Positions 43,926-53,806 of a DNA stretch of 64,000 nt are shown piece after piece. The notes below the pieces were generated by a model that was given only the letters and a program-made list of their open reading frames with translations, was not told the DNA's origin and did no database searches. Made by a program: the position numbers and the translations under genes. The stretch spans positions 480,001-544,000 of the forward strand of contig OY762007.1 of assembly GCA_963665115.1 (NCBI GenBank), read 5' to 3'. The stretch comes from an uncultured Rivularia sp. GTDB lineage: Bacteria; Cyanobacteriota; Cyanobacteriia; Cyanobacteriales; Nostocaceae. The stretch's first letter is position 1. Each line of letters begins with the position of its first letter.

Positions 43926-45398
43926 TTACTCCCCATTCAACAACTCTCCCAACCGATGGTTAATCAAAATCCCCTTCAAAGAATTATTTTCAGCCTTTAA
44001 AGCCAAATTTTCAGCTTCCAACTCCTTAATCCTCTCCTTCAAAGCTTCCTTACTAGTGCCATTTCGGTGAATAACCACCTCCTGATAAATTTGTAAATTC
44101 GTATCCTCACTCATCCACCGTTGATAAGTCTTGGTATGCTCCTGTACGGTATGTCCCATATAATCAGCCATAGTCTTAATTGGCACCTGTAAACGATGTC
44201 CCCGAATTGCAAAAGCATGACGTAGATCGTAAGGTTTAAAACCGATACCAATATTTCTAAACTTGATATGAATTAAAGCCGTTTTATTACTTAAACTTCC
44301 CCCAGCTTGGGGTAACTTAATATTCTTTAAATCAAATAATTCTATCCAGTGAGGATACAAAGGAGGAATCCCACAACTTCTTTCACCAGTCTTAGTACCT
44401 TCAGTCAAACTCGGATTTAAATAAACTAAATGAAACTGATTATTTGTATCGGTAAAAGCTTCTAAATCAATCGCAAACAATTCATGAGGTCTTAAACCGT
44501 AAGTAGCTAACATACCATATAGCCACTGCCACTGTTCCGGTTGCGTTACCTCCTTACTAGCATAACTTGACAACGCTTCTCCAATAGTAGAAAAACCATT
44601 CACAACCTCTTCATCAGAAGGGATTTTACGTAAACTAGGTTGCGGTAACGGAGTTGCATAAGAATCGATAATTTTACCACTATCAAACTCGCAAAACTGA
44701 CAAAACTTTCTTAATTGCCAAGCCAAATAAAATCTAGAATTACTTAATGGTCTAGTATTCTTCAAAGCAGCTTCCAAAGCATTTTTAGTTAAATATTCAT
44801 CTTGAGCTAGCTTTTTTAGATGTCGTAAATAATGGCTTTCCCAAGTTTTAACACCCTGCCTATTTTTCTCATGAGTCTTCCAAAATTCCTCTTGATAATC
44901 TTCAATTAATTCCCCAATCGTTTTAACTAGACTTTTATCTCCATCAGGAATTAACTTCTGAGCCTTTTTACCTAATAACTCAGGAGTCCATTGAAACTGC
45001 TTCGTCATTAACAACAAATCCAACTCCCGAGCCTTGGCAACAGCAGTTTTTAAACCCACATCATTAGCCGCAAAACCTAACGAAATGGTATACTGTCTGT
45101 TAGAACTATTATTTTTACCAATATCTCCGGATTTACAGGGAAAAGTACCTTGTAAAGCGATGGTTTTGCCATTCGTTAATTTAAGCTTAACTTTTACTCT
45201 ATCTAAATTTAAAGCCAAATTAGCCTGTATAACGCTATATTTTATTCGCAAATACTCGCGTTCTAACTTAACAAACTCATCCTTAGCAGACACTTTTGCC
45301 TTCCACAGCTTCCATTTAGAAGGTTCCCATTTATCTATAGGTATACCTTCCCATTCAGCATTGCGTAGATTATAAGTACTATTTTGGTTGTTAGACAT
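43926..45398 (-). CDS. XisA/XisC-like tyrosine recombinase
   Basis: YGLRPHE, TKTG.R, YDLRHA, MGH, HTKTYQRW; N-terminal QYTISLGFAAN.VGLKTA resembles XisA. Confidence 0.88.
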   Translation of the reverse strand: MSNNQNSTYNLRNAEWEGIPIDKWEPSKWKLWKAKVSAKDEFVKLEREYLRIKYSVIQANLALNLDRVKVKLKLTNGKTIALQGTFPCKSGDIGKNNSSNRQYTISLGFAANDVGLKTAVAKARELDLLLMTKQFQWTPELLGKKAQKLIPDGDKSLVKTIGELIEDYQEEFWKTHEKNRQGVKTWESHYLRHLKKLAQDEYLTKNALEAALKNTRPLSNSRFYLAWQLRKFCQFCEFDSGKIIDSYATPLPQPSLRKIPSDEEVVNGFSTIGEALSSYASKEVTQPEQWQWLYGMLATYGLRPHELFAIDLEAFTDTNNQFHLVYLNPSLTEGTKTGERSCGIPPLYPHWIELFDLKNIKLPQAGGSLSNKTALIHIKFRNIGIGFKPYDLRHAFAIRGHRLQVPIKTMADYMGHTVQEHTKTYQRWMSEDTNLQIYQEVVIHRNGTSKEALKERIKELEAENLALKAENNSLKGILINHRLGELLNGE

Positions 45399-45637
45399 AA
45401 GTCCTGTTTTACTATCTTTTAAACAATAAAATAAATAAAAGTTAAGAGTTAGTAGTTCAAGCAATGATTTAGAAATTCAAAGTTCACAATTGTCTCCTTG
45501 TCCCCATTCCCTAATCCCTAACTTTGTAAAATTGCAGCTTGCTAACATTAAAAAAATTTCCGATTTTAGTTATAAATTGTTACTGAACACATATAAGTGA
45601 TACTGAAATACAAAGAAATACTTAGGGGTATAACACT

Positions 45638-46276
45638 ATGAACAAATTTTTCCGTAACAAAAAAAGATATATTTTCCCTTTGATGTTATCAGCAATGGCG
45701 ATCGCCGCAAGCAGCTGTGGTTCAGATCCAAGTGTTGACAGCGTAGGGCAAACACCATCCGACGAAACCCCAGTTGCTAGCAGTCCATTTCCCTCCGATA
45801 GCAGCGAAACCCAGGTACCTAAAACCGAAATAACACAATCACCATCGCCAACAGCTAAAACAGCCCCATTTGGAACAGAAACAGTCCCAACATCAGAAAC
45901 CCCCAATCAAAATAAAACTGGGAATCTCAAAAATTCCGACATCACACTATTTACAAGTGATTTAGAATGTCAAAATTTAGTACCTCAAAAAGTAACAGTA
46001 TCAGCTAACGAACCAGTAAAAGATGCAGTAGGTAAAATTATTGCATCAAAAAATACAGCCGATATTAACATCTCCAACTATCGAGTTAACGTTAACAGCG
46101 GAATGGCCACAGTAGATTTCCGCATACCTCCCGATTCTCCAAGACAATTAGTCTCCCTTTCAAGTTGCGAACAATTCACCTTATTCAAAAGCATTGAAAA
46201 AACCTTAACCAGCAACCCCAAATGGAGGATCAGAAACGTTCGCTTTACCCAGTCTGGTGAAGAAATTTATTTATAA
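45638..46276 (+). CDS. GerMN-like lipoprotein
   Basis: Lipobox ASSC, S/T/P-rich linker, ATVDF...SLSSCEQF...TLT.N. Confidence 0.75.
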   Translation: MNKFFRNKKRYIFPLMLSAMAIAASSCGSDPSVDSVGQTPSDETPVASSPFPSDSSETQVPKTEITQSPSPTAKTAPFGTETVPTSETPNQNKTGNLKNSDITLFTSDLECQNLVPQKVTVSANEPVKDAVGKIIASKNTADINISNYRVNVNSGMATVDFRIPPDSPRQLVSLSSCEQFTLFKSIEKTLTSNPKWRIRNVRFTQSGEEIYL

Positions 46277-46306
46277 ATTGTTGGTAGTTAGTTGATATTT
46301 GTTAGA

Positions 46307-46338
46307 AGCCCGGTTGTTTACAAACTCGGGTTTTTTAT
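46307..46338 (+). terminator. Intrinsic terminator
   Basis: AGCCCGGTTG...CAAACTCGGG followed by a T run. Confidence 0.6.
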
Positions 46339-46353
46339 TTTAATTAATTATTT

Positions 46354-46686
46354 TGTAGGGTGTGTAACTAAGGCGTTGACTTTAATAGGATTTTTCCGTT
46401 TTTGATTCATACAACTTTGATGCCGGTAGTAATCCTAACACTCGTCCCTCACCCCGCCTCCGGGGAGAGGGATTTGGGATAATTTTTTAGCAATTAAAAA
46501 GGTACAAAGTCAACAGTCTGTGTCTGACGCTTTTGGTAATCTCATTCATAATTACAATACTTATAGCGTCACGCACCATTATTAAGCTGTTACGCACTTA
46601 ATTTGTATAGTACTAGCGGGCTGTTCGGCCCGCACTACAATAATTCCAATTTTTTTTTAAATACAACTTAGCTGCACATCAGCTTA
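46354..46686. repeat. Cluster of MITE/REP-like elements
   Basis: Inverted pairs AGGCGTTGACTTT/AAAGTCAACAGTCT (46371-46519) and TAAGCTGTTACGCAC..TTGTAT/ATACAA..GCACATCAGCTTA (46583-46686) with internal hairpins. Confidence 0.6.
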
Positions 46687-46765
46687 TTTTGTTTATTAAC
46701 AGACGTGATGCGTTAGATGTAATTTAAATTATTGACTTCTCCCTCGGCTAGAAGCGCGAGGGATT

Positions 46766-48202
46766 CTAAACTGATGTTGCTACGCCGGATAAAATCCGAG
46801 CGGAGCAACGTTTACGATATGATTTATTTAATCGCGCAAACAATTCATACCGTTGTGGCACAGTCAAAGATGCCCTACCCACCTCGGCTAGATTCAATTC
46901 TAGCTGTGTGGCTACTTTTCTCATGATGTTAGCCGCACCATTACAATCTGCATTGATGATGTACCCATCACGACTTTTATACATTCCGCGTTTTACTCGA
47001 TTACCTGATGCTTTCCAACTTACGGGTTTTTCACCGTGTTTCGGTAGAGAATCACCATCAAGAAAAGACGCTTTTGAAGTATATGCCTCTTCGGTAATTG
47101 TTAATTGTATTCCGTATTCTGGGCAAAGTTGTTTTAGTCGGTTAATCAACCGTTTTGTAGGGATAGCAACAAAATTTTGATTACCGCGTTTACCCATGTT
47201 GGAACCATTTTTCTGTTCATCATTCCAGCCAATAATCAGATTACCAACTCCATCGTTAAGGCACTGATTAATAATGAATCTTGCTGCTTTGTTAACAGCA
47301 TCACGCATTTGGTTGTTGCGTTTGCGTTGTACACGATCAAGATTAGAATCCCAGTATAAATCAGGTTTGCCCTGCTTATATTTGGCAACTAAACGACAAT
47401 AACCTTGATTCATCGCTTTAAGTTTTCGACCATCTATAATTAAGCTTTTGCCACGAGTTGAAACTCCAGTTAACCAATTTGTACTGCCGTGGTCAAAACT
47501 CCATGCTTGTGTGTAATCAAGATTGGGGTTAACATCTATCGGGTGTTTTCCATCATCAATAACCCAATCAATCCACAATTCGCCTTTTGAAGGACGAACC
47601 GTTACTTCTTTGACCCAATCAAAATCAATAAAATCGGGTAATTGTAGGGTTATTTCTGTTAATAAATGTGGCTTCGTTTCTTTGCTGATTGACGGGTAAA
47701 AACAACCGTTTTTCCAAGTGAGAGCCTGACGGGGAAATGTAACCGCAGCCAAACCACCACTTTTTCTGTATTTAGGGAGTGATGGTCTTCTTACAAAGTT
47801 CGACGGGACGGAAACCGACCCCGCCGACTTTGCGCTATCAACTTCACCACGATAATAAGCTTTAACCAACCCGTTGTAACTGGTTATTGACTCGCCCACA
47901 GACTTCAAGGTTTGCTGTGCTGATTGTGCAGCCATTGCCTTGTAATGAGGATTGTTTTTGAGTATTTTATCTAACTCCGGGTAAGCTGTATTGCACCGAT
48001 AAGTTTTCCACCCGTAACGCAGTTCATCGCCACGCCAATAAACACAAAACGCATCCTCATTGTTTTGCAGTATCGCATAATGTCGTTGACGTGTTTCGTA
48101 CACTGCCGAGTTAATAAGACTGTTGGCGTGTTCGCATTGGTCAACCCAAAATGCTTTTTCTTCATCTGTAAACTTCGCTTTTAGCGGTATTGTTCTGTAC
48201 AA
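46766..48202 (-). CDS. tnpB: TnpB RNA-guided nuclease
   Basis: AAQSAQQ, FDHG, EEAYTSK, RVKRG.Y, INAD.NGA.NI. Confidence 0.92.
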   Translation of the reverse strand: MYRTIPLKAKFTDEEKAFWVDQCEHANSLINSAVYETRQRHYAILQNNEDAFCVYWRGDELRYGWKTYRCNTAYPELDKILKNNPHYKAMAAQSAQQTLKSVGESITSYNGLVKAYYRGEVDSAKSAGSVSVPSNFVRRPSLPKYRKSGGLAAVTFPRQALTWKNGCFYPSISKETKPHLLTEITLQLPDFIDFDWVKEVTVRPSKGELWIDWVIDDGKHPIDVNPNLDYTQAWSFDHGSTNWLTGVSTRGKSLIIDGRKLKAMNQGYCRLVAKYKQGKPDLYWDSNLDRVQRKRNNQMRDAVNKAARFIINQCLNDGVGNLIIGWNDEQKNGSNMGKRGNQNFVAIPTKRLINRLKQLCPEYGIQLTITEEAYTSKASFLDGDSLPKHGEKPVSWKASGNRVKRGMYKSRDGYIINADCNGAANIMRKVATQLELNLAEVGRASLTVPQRYELFARLNKSYRKRCSARILSGVATSV

Positions 48203-48271
48203 TTTGTCATCACTTCCTATTTTTTATTATTGTTGCTACTACGTATTCTAACAACAGTATACCGTAAAATT

Positions 48272-48685
48272 ATGGCTAAACTTTCAGAAAAAGATTACGA
48301 GTACAGACGTACTGAAAATTCTGTGTCATCAATAAATTATCATTTTGTCTTTGTCCCGAAACGCCGTAAACCCGTGTTGGTGAAAGATGTAGCTAAGCGG
48401 TTGCAAGATATTATTTTTGAGTTAACGACAGAGCATGGCTGGAAATTAATTGCTTTGGAAGTTATGCCTGACCATGTTCACTTGTTTTTAAATACACCTA
48501 CCCACGAATCACCCGCAGATATTGCTAGATGGGTAAAACGTCGAGCATCCCATCATCTTAGAAAAGAGTTTCCGCAACTAAAAAAACTACCGTCTTTGTG
48601 GACACCAACCTATTTTGTAGCTTCAACAGGTCAACTCAGCACTGAGGTAGTTAAAAAGTATATTGAAAATCAACGTGGGAAATAA
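48272..48685 (+). CDS. tnpA: IS200 Y1 transposase TnpA
   Basis: YHFVFVPK.R, DHVHL (HUH), LW...YF, KYIENQ. Confidence 0.95.
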   Translation: MAKLSEKDYEYRRTENSVSSINYHFVFVPKRRKPVLVKDVAKRLQDIIFELTTEHGWKLIALEVMPDHVHLFLNTPTHESPADIARWVKRRASHHLRKEFPQLKKLPSLWTPTYFVASTGQLSTEVVKKYIENQRGK

Positions 48686-48855
48686 AGAAACACCGGGTTA
48701 AAACCCGTCGCGTCGCGTTTCATCCCCTCCTTAAAAGGTAGGGGTTTCTCACGTTCACGGTTAATTTGATAGCAGTACGTCTAACACAACGGCAATATTG
48801 TGGGAAGAAAATCTACACCCCAATTTGCCTCCCCTACAAGAATTATCTTTAACAG

Positions 48856-49119
48856 CTAATTGCTCTTTTCCAAAAGCCACTTTTCTAGCAATTCAGTCAT
48901 AATATCGCTCATTTGACGGTCCTCAGCAGCAGATGCTAACTTTAAACTTCGATGCAGTTTCTTGGGCAAATAAACAGTTGTCCGAACATAATCTGGATCG
49001 GTACTTTTGCTTTTAAAAGTAACTTTTTCTTCAGTTAACTCCTGTGGCTTATCCCGTTTTTGACGGGAACGAGCAGCATCAATTAATTCATCAAAACGGC
49101 TAGTTTTCTTTTTACTCAA
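48856..49119 (-). CDS. Ribbon-helix-helix partition partner (ParG/CopG-like)
   Basis: KSTDPDYVRTTVYLPKKLHR.LK...MSDIM.ELLE.W; overlaps the parA stop. Confidence 0.75.
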   Translation of the reverse strand: MSKKKTSRFDELIDAARSRQKRDKPQELTEEKVTFKSKSTDPDYVRTTVYLPKKLHRSLKLASAAEDRQMSDIMTELLEKWLLEKSN

Positions 49120-49706
49120 GATAAAATCTCCTTCCCAACTTCAGCATAACATCGCCATGCAACTTGCGCGTAAGCATCATCTACAGCATTAACTGGTACT
49201 CCTTCTAAAGCTGCTCTCTGAAATACCGCAAGTCGTTTAATTCCTGTTTTAAAAATAGGTACTTTAGCATTTTTTAAAGCTAATTTAGCCTCTTCTCCCG
49301 ACTTATTCGGATTTGGAGGAATGATAGTTAATAAAATCCGATAATTAGCTTTTAGTTTAATAAGTAATCCAACCATTTGCATGGTAGCAGCTAATGCAAT
49401 TGCATCTGGTGTTGTCGGTATAATGATTAAATCGCAACCGCGAGCAATGCTTTTTAATTCCTCTAAACTAGGTTTAGTAGGAGTGTCAATTACTATATGT
49501 TCGTATAAAGCAGCTAAACTAATTCCATCATCCTCATCAGCCACTTTAAACGGTAAACTACCACGGTTCGACCAGTGTAGCGCACTACGATTCAAATCTC
49601 CGTCCACCAACAGTGTATCAGCCTTAGTTTGCAGGTATGTTGCAAGGTGTAATGCAGTTATAGACTTACCTACACCCCCTTTGAAAGCCGCTACAGTAAT
49701 AATCAT
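49116..49706 (-). CDS. parA: ParA family ATPase (short, type Ib-like)
   Basis: KGGVGKS, LVDGD.N, VIDTP. Confidence 0.9.
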   Translation of the reverse strand: MIITVAAFKGGVGKSITALHLATYLQTKADTLLVDGDLNRSALHWSNRGSLPFKVADEDDGISLAALYEHIVIDTPTKPSLEELKSIARGCDLIIIPTTPDAIALAATMQMVGLLIKLKANYRILLTIIPPNPNKSGEEAKLALKNAKVPIFKTGIKRLAVFQRAALEGVPVNAVDDAYAQVAWRCYAEVGKEILS

Positions 49707-49760
49707 TTTTTCCAATATAAAAACTTATACCGTACAAATTTTACAGTACATTATTTGCGA

Positions 49761-49846
49761 TGTCTAAACATCTAAATGTGTGAATGTTACATAAATGTCT
49801 AGATATACAGACACTTTTATAACATCTAGATGTTTAAACATTTAAA
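49761..49846. promoter_or_regulatory. Octamer repeats upstream of parA (putative centromere or operator)
   Basis: TGTCTAAA, CATCTAAA, TGTCTAGA, CATCTAGA, TGTTTAAA, CATTTAAA in phased groups. Confidence 0.5.
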
Positions 49847-50249
49847 TGCAAAATTTGTTAAGTGCATAAAATAATACATTACAAAAGAAAAGTACTCAAT
49901 ATATAAGTGTAAAAATAATTAAAATATTAAATATTTGTATGCTTAGTAATTTCTAAAATAATTTACCTGTAAAAAATCAAAAAACCGTATTCAAATAAAG
50001 GGTAAGTAGGAATAAAAAATAAGACTAAATATTTTCCTCAATCCCTCAAAGTAAAAATTTCCTATTTCCGATATGTAACAAGACCGGATAGACACCTGAT
50101 ATACAGATGTTCTACAATCTGACCGATCGCAGTAAGTTTACTCATTGCATAATAAAAAAAGACATGATAATAAAATTTTCTCTGCCATCTACTCGATAGC
50201 AGAAGTATCCTATATAGATAGGAATATATAAAAATGAAGGGTAAACAAT

Positions 50250-50372
50250 ATGGATGTAAAGGTAATTCTAGTAGCACTAACAGTCGTATTCAGCGTGTCA
50301 TGCTTGATTTTCGGCACTAAGAACGGGTTTTATGATTCCGATAACTATCACGGAAATGGTTCCGCTCATTAA
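50250..50372 (+). CDS. ndhP: NDH-1 subunit NdhP
   Basis: Manual translation MDVKVILVALTVVFSVSCLIFGTKNGFYDSDNYHGNGSAH*. Confidence 0.92.
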   Translation: MDVKVILVALTVVFSVSCLIFGTKNGFYDSDNYHGNGSAH

Positions 50373-50671
50373 AGATAAATTCGACCGTTATTGAAGTAGA
50401 CGGAGAGGATAGAAATGTATAGCGTTTCTTAACTTCCTCTCCTCTTTCTTGTCTAATAAAGGCTTTTTAATTAATTGTTTATCCGAAATCCGTCTTAAAA
50501 ACTTTGGGGAAGAATATTTCCTCGTCAAGTTTCCGCAAAATTTAAAATCTGTCGATGCTTAGTTTTGGGGGAAGAAAATCTACACCCCAACGCCACTTAT
50601 CTCAACGCGGGAAAGCCCCGCACGAGAATGGCTCAACTTTCCGCAAAATCCAAAATTTACTGGGAGGATAT

Positions 50672-52324
50672 ATGAGCGGATTTTATTCAATAGTCTCTCT
50701 TGATGAAGGGGAAAGCCAAAGCGAATTAGAATGCTTACCCTATGGTGTTCATCAAGACGGTGAAGGTATGTGTTTGTTAGTGCGAATGGGTCCCCATCGT
50801 ATAATGTTGGACTGCGGTTTGGAAGACATTTCACCCTTAGCAGAAAAGTTGAAAAAGTCAGCACGTCCGGATAACACTCCTTTACCAGCCGACATTGTAC
50901 TAGTAACTCATGCTCATCCAGACCATGCTAGGGGATTATTAGCGCTACACGAAACATTTCCTCTTTTACCAATTTATGGGAGTGAAGTAACTTGTAAGCT
51001 GCTACCGCTAAATTGGTTAGACAAAAATAGTAAAGAAACCCACTCACTCTTCCAAGCATTAGAACTGCGTACAACTGTAGAGCTTAAAGAAAATCTTACC
51101 GTAGAACTTTTTCCCTGCGGACATTTACCGGGTGCAGTCGCAATTTTGCTTACCTATACAACTTACGAACGCGCCTATAAATTGCTTTATACGGGAGACT
51201 TTTTTCTATCTAACTCCCGATTAGTAGAAGGTTTTCGTTTAGAAGAATTGCGCGGAATCGAATTAGATGTGTTGATCGTAGAAGGCAGCTACGGTACCGC
51301 TCGTCATCCCCATCGCCGCAATCAAGAAAATCAACTAGCAGAAAGAATAAATCAGGCGATCGCGAATGGTTCTTCAGTATTAATGCCTACCCCAGCATTA
51401 GGGTTAGGTCAAGAATTACTCATGCTTCTCCGCAGTCACCATCACTTTACCGGTAGGGATATAGATATTTGGGTTGATGGAAATGTTGCAGCGGGATGCG
51501 ATGCTTATTTGGAATTGATGCCCCATCTTCCCCCATCGGTACAAAACTTTGCCCGACATCAACCGTTATTTTGGGATGAACGAGTGCGCCCCCGCGTGCG
51601 TCGTTTAGAAGATTCCCAAAGAAGTAACGTTGGAAATTCTCCCTGTATAATTCTTACAGACTCCACGACCGATTTAAAAGAATATTGTCAACCACAAACA
51701 GGTTCTTGGCTGATCTTACAGCCAGAAAAAACCGGAATTGAAGCTTCCCAATATTCCGAACTAGGTACCGTCGAAAGCTACCTCCTCGCACAACATAGCG
51801 ATGGCCCCGGTACCACTCAATTAATTCACAATTTACGACCACAACACGTGGTTTTCGTCCACGGCTCGGCAGCTTACCTGGCAGATTTAACGGGATTAGA
51901 AGAACTGCAAAACCGCTATCACGTTCATTCTCCCGAAATTCAAACTTTAGTTCAGCTTCCTATCGGCGATACATTTTTACAACCCGCAGCACCAGATACG
52001 AATTATGAAGGCGAACTGACTCAACTAGATACGGCAATCTTAATTACACTTTCAGATAATATAAAAAACGATCCCCGATGGCAACAATTCGCCGACACCG
52101 GATTAATTGAAGCACGCTGGCAAGGAGAAGAACTCGTATTGAGAGGTTTAACCCAAAAAGAACTGCTCAACCAAAATAGCGATCGCAACATTTGGTCATC
52201 GTTGGATTGCTGCGGCACCTGCAAACATCAAAGGGGACAACGGTGTTGGAATACCGCGTCCCCTTTATATAACTTTAAAGTAACATTAGAAGGTTACTGC
52301 CCAGCGTTTGAAAGTGATGAATAG
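50672..52324 (+). CDS. MBL-fold metallo-hydrolase (beta-CASP type)
   Basis: LDCG, THAHPDH, GHLPGA, YTGD, VHG; GGAGG RBS before ATG at 50672. Confidence 0.88.
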   Translation: MSGFYSIVSLDEGESQSELECLPYGVHQDGEGMCLLVRMGPHRIMLDCGLEDISPLAEKLKKSARPDNTPLPADIVLVTHAHPDHARGLLALHETFPLLPIYGSEVTCKLLPLNWLDKNSKETHSLFQALELRTTVELKENLTVELFPCGHLPGAVAILLTYTTYERAYKLLYTGDFFLSNSRLVEGFRLEELRGIELDVLIVEGSYGTARHPHRRNQENQLAERINQAIANGSSVLMPTPALGLGQELLMLLRSHHHFTGRDIDIWVDGNVAAGCDAYLELMPHLPPSVQNFARHQPLFWDERVRPRVRRLEDSQRSNVGNSPCIILTDSTTDLKEYCQPQTGSWLILQPEKTGIEASQYSELGTVESYLLAQHSDGPGTTQLIHNLRPQHVVFVHGSAAYLADLTGLEELQNRYHVHSPEIQTLVQLPIGDTFLQPAAPDTNYEGELTQLDTAILITLSDNIKNDPRWQQFADTGLIEARWQGEELVLRGLTQKELLNQNSDRNIWSSLDCCGTCKHQRGQRCWNTASPLYNFKVTLEGYCPAFESDE

Positions 52325-52343
52325 CAACAAGCTCTTGGCTCTT

Positions 52344-52655
52344 TTAATCGGGATTAGAATCAGTAGACGGATTATGAATACGTTCCTCATCCGGACAATC
52401 TTCCGTCATCAGAGGCTCAACATTACCTCGTGGAACCGAAGCAAGCTTTTGAGTTACAGCACCAATACTTTCAAGTCGAACCATTTCCTCCCAAGAACAA
52501 ATTTCATCGTCTTCTTCTGTTTCATAACGTAGGGTGACTAAATCTCCCTCAATGTCTATAATGCGGGCGCGTTCAATCCAGCGTTGCTGGTCCCGCAAGA
52601 AAATACATATTTCCCGCGCATCACAGCATAGTTGATAAATCTTACGGTGTAGCAT
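52344..52655 (-). CDS. Conserved cyanobacterial hypothetical protein (DUF6679-like)
   Basis: MLHRKIYQ...FLRDQQRWIE...SWEEMVRLESIG. Confidence 0.75.
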   Translation of the reverse strand: MLHRKIYQLCCDAREICIFLRDQQRWIERARIIDIEGDLVTLRYETEEDDEICSWEEMVRLESIGAVTQKLASVPRGNVEPLMTEDCPDEERIHNPSTDSNPD

Positions 52656-53035
52656 TCGCGTGCTTCTACCTTTTTCTCAACGTACTCTTTGTCTGTAAAA
52701 ACTTGGGATTAACCCGCGTATTCGATAACACCCATGACCCGAGTGCGGTAATTGAACCCAAACCGGCATATTTTACTGATATTCCCATCAGTTGTATGTA
52801 AATTTTGGATTCAAAAGAATTATATGCTTGTTTACCGCACTAAAAAATAAAATTCTGAACTAATTATTCAAGGAATATTTGTATCATAGAAGTGAAATCG
52901 CGTGGAATTCCCGCCGACCAGATAATATATTGCTGGTAAGTCATTTCTATTATTATGAATTAAATGATACTCCAAAGCAAGTGAATATTGAGGTTGGTTA
53001 TTTTGCCTACTTGTAATCATTAGCATTGCTAGGAG

Positions 53036-53155
53036 TGAGACAGCGAGCAGAAAGGGAGTTTCCCCAGCGACTGCCTCCTGTATTGGAAGCGTCTCCCTGA
53101 AGGAGATACCCGTTCACGCGGAGCGTGCGGCTCAGGGTGAGAGCGCGGACTGCGA
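53036..53155. repeat. Cluster of GC-rich short dispersed hairpin repeats
   Basis: GC-rich island with GGGAGTTTCCC and TCTCCCTGAAGGAGA hairpins; CGTTCACGCGG..AGCGT shared with 56033-56054. Confidence 0.5.
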
Positions 53156-53299
53156 TTAATCCACCTTTATATTATCGATCTTAACTCAAACTCTTGCAAG
53201 CTTCACCCAAGAATGAAAAATTATATGATTTTTTACTCGGCAACATCACATCTCAAATCAACGATACGACTTGCCATTGGTCAATCCAATATTTAATAA

Positions 53300-53509
53300 T
53301 TATTTTCTTTGCGCGAGAAATTCCATAGAAAGATTTGAAGATGCTTCCCGCTTAACTAGTCCCGCACGAACGGCATCAGACAGCCGCGTCAATGCAGTCA
53401 CATCTTCAGTTCGATATATTCTGGTAGCCAGCATCTGATGCAGCAGACCTTCGGACTCAACGCTTAAATATCCAGTTTGAAAAGCAGATTCAACAAGTGC
53501 CCGAATCAT
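53300..53509 (-). CDS. Small conserved cyanobacterial hypothetical protein
   Basis: MIR.LVE.AF.TGYLSVESE..L. Confidence 0.65.
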   Translation of the reverse strand: MIRALVESAFQTGYLSVESEGLLHQMLATRIYRTEDVTALTRLSDAVRAGLVKREASSNLSMEFLAQRK

Positions 53510-53806
53510 GATTAATTAAAACTAAGTTAGCATTTCATCATTTTTCATAATGAAGCAACTCTAACTATCTTTAAGTGATTTAATTCACTAAATCTTTGTG
53601 ATTTAAGTCACAGCTAGCAACTAATAGCCTAACGCGCGATAAATTCTCAAACCTAGCTATTGCAGTATAAATATTATGGCAAGTATTTTTATTTTGTCAA
53701 ATAAACACTAATTCTAATGTATCCTAAGTAACTCAGTATCAGCATAAAGCTAATTAAATACTGAGCATTAATTTTGACTTGGTATTGAAGCTACACGTAT
53801 AAAAGA

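Larger units (their letters stand above)
46732..48760 (-). mobile_element. IS200/IS605-family element with divergent tnpA and tnpB
   Basis: Right end GAATCCCTCGCG..GCCGAGGGAGAAGTCAA (TCAA at 46732) and left-end hairpin CCCCTACC TTTTAA GGAGGGG at about 48724-48744. The left boundary is approximate. Confidence 0.85.

Noticed and set aside
1995..45398. Integrative element from tRNA-Ser to the integrase
   Set aside because: No duplicated tRNA 3' end seen, and the interval is full of core genes
48856..49706. McdAB carboxysome positioning system
   Set aside because: The partner looks like an RHH DNA-binding protein, and no carboxysome genes are nearby
50555..50671. N-terminal extension of the MBL hydrolase
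   Set aside because: Reads through dispersed repeats; the RBS supports ATG at 50672
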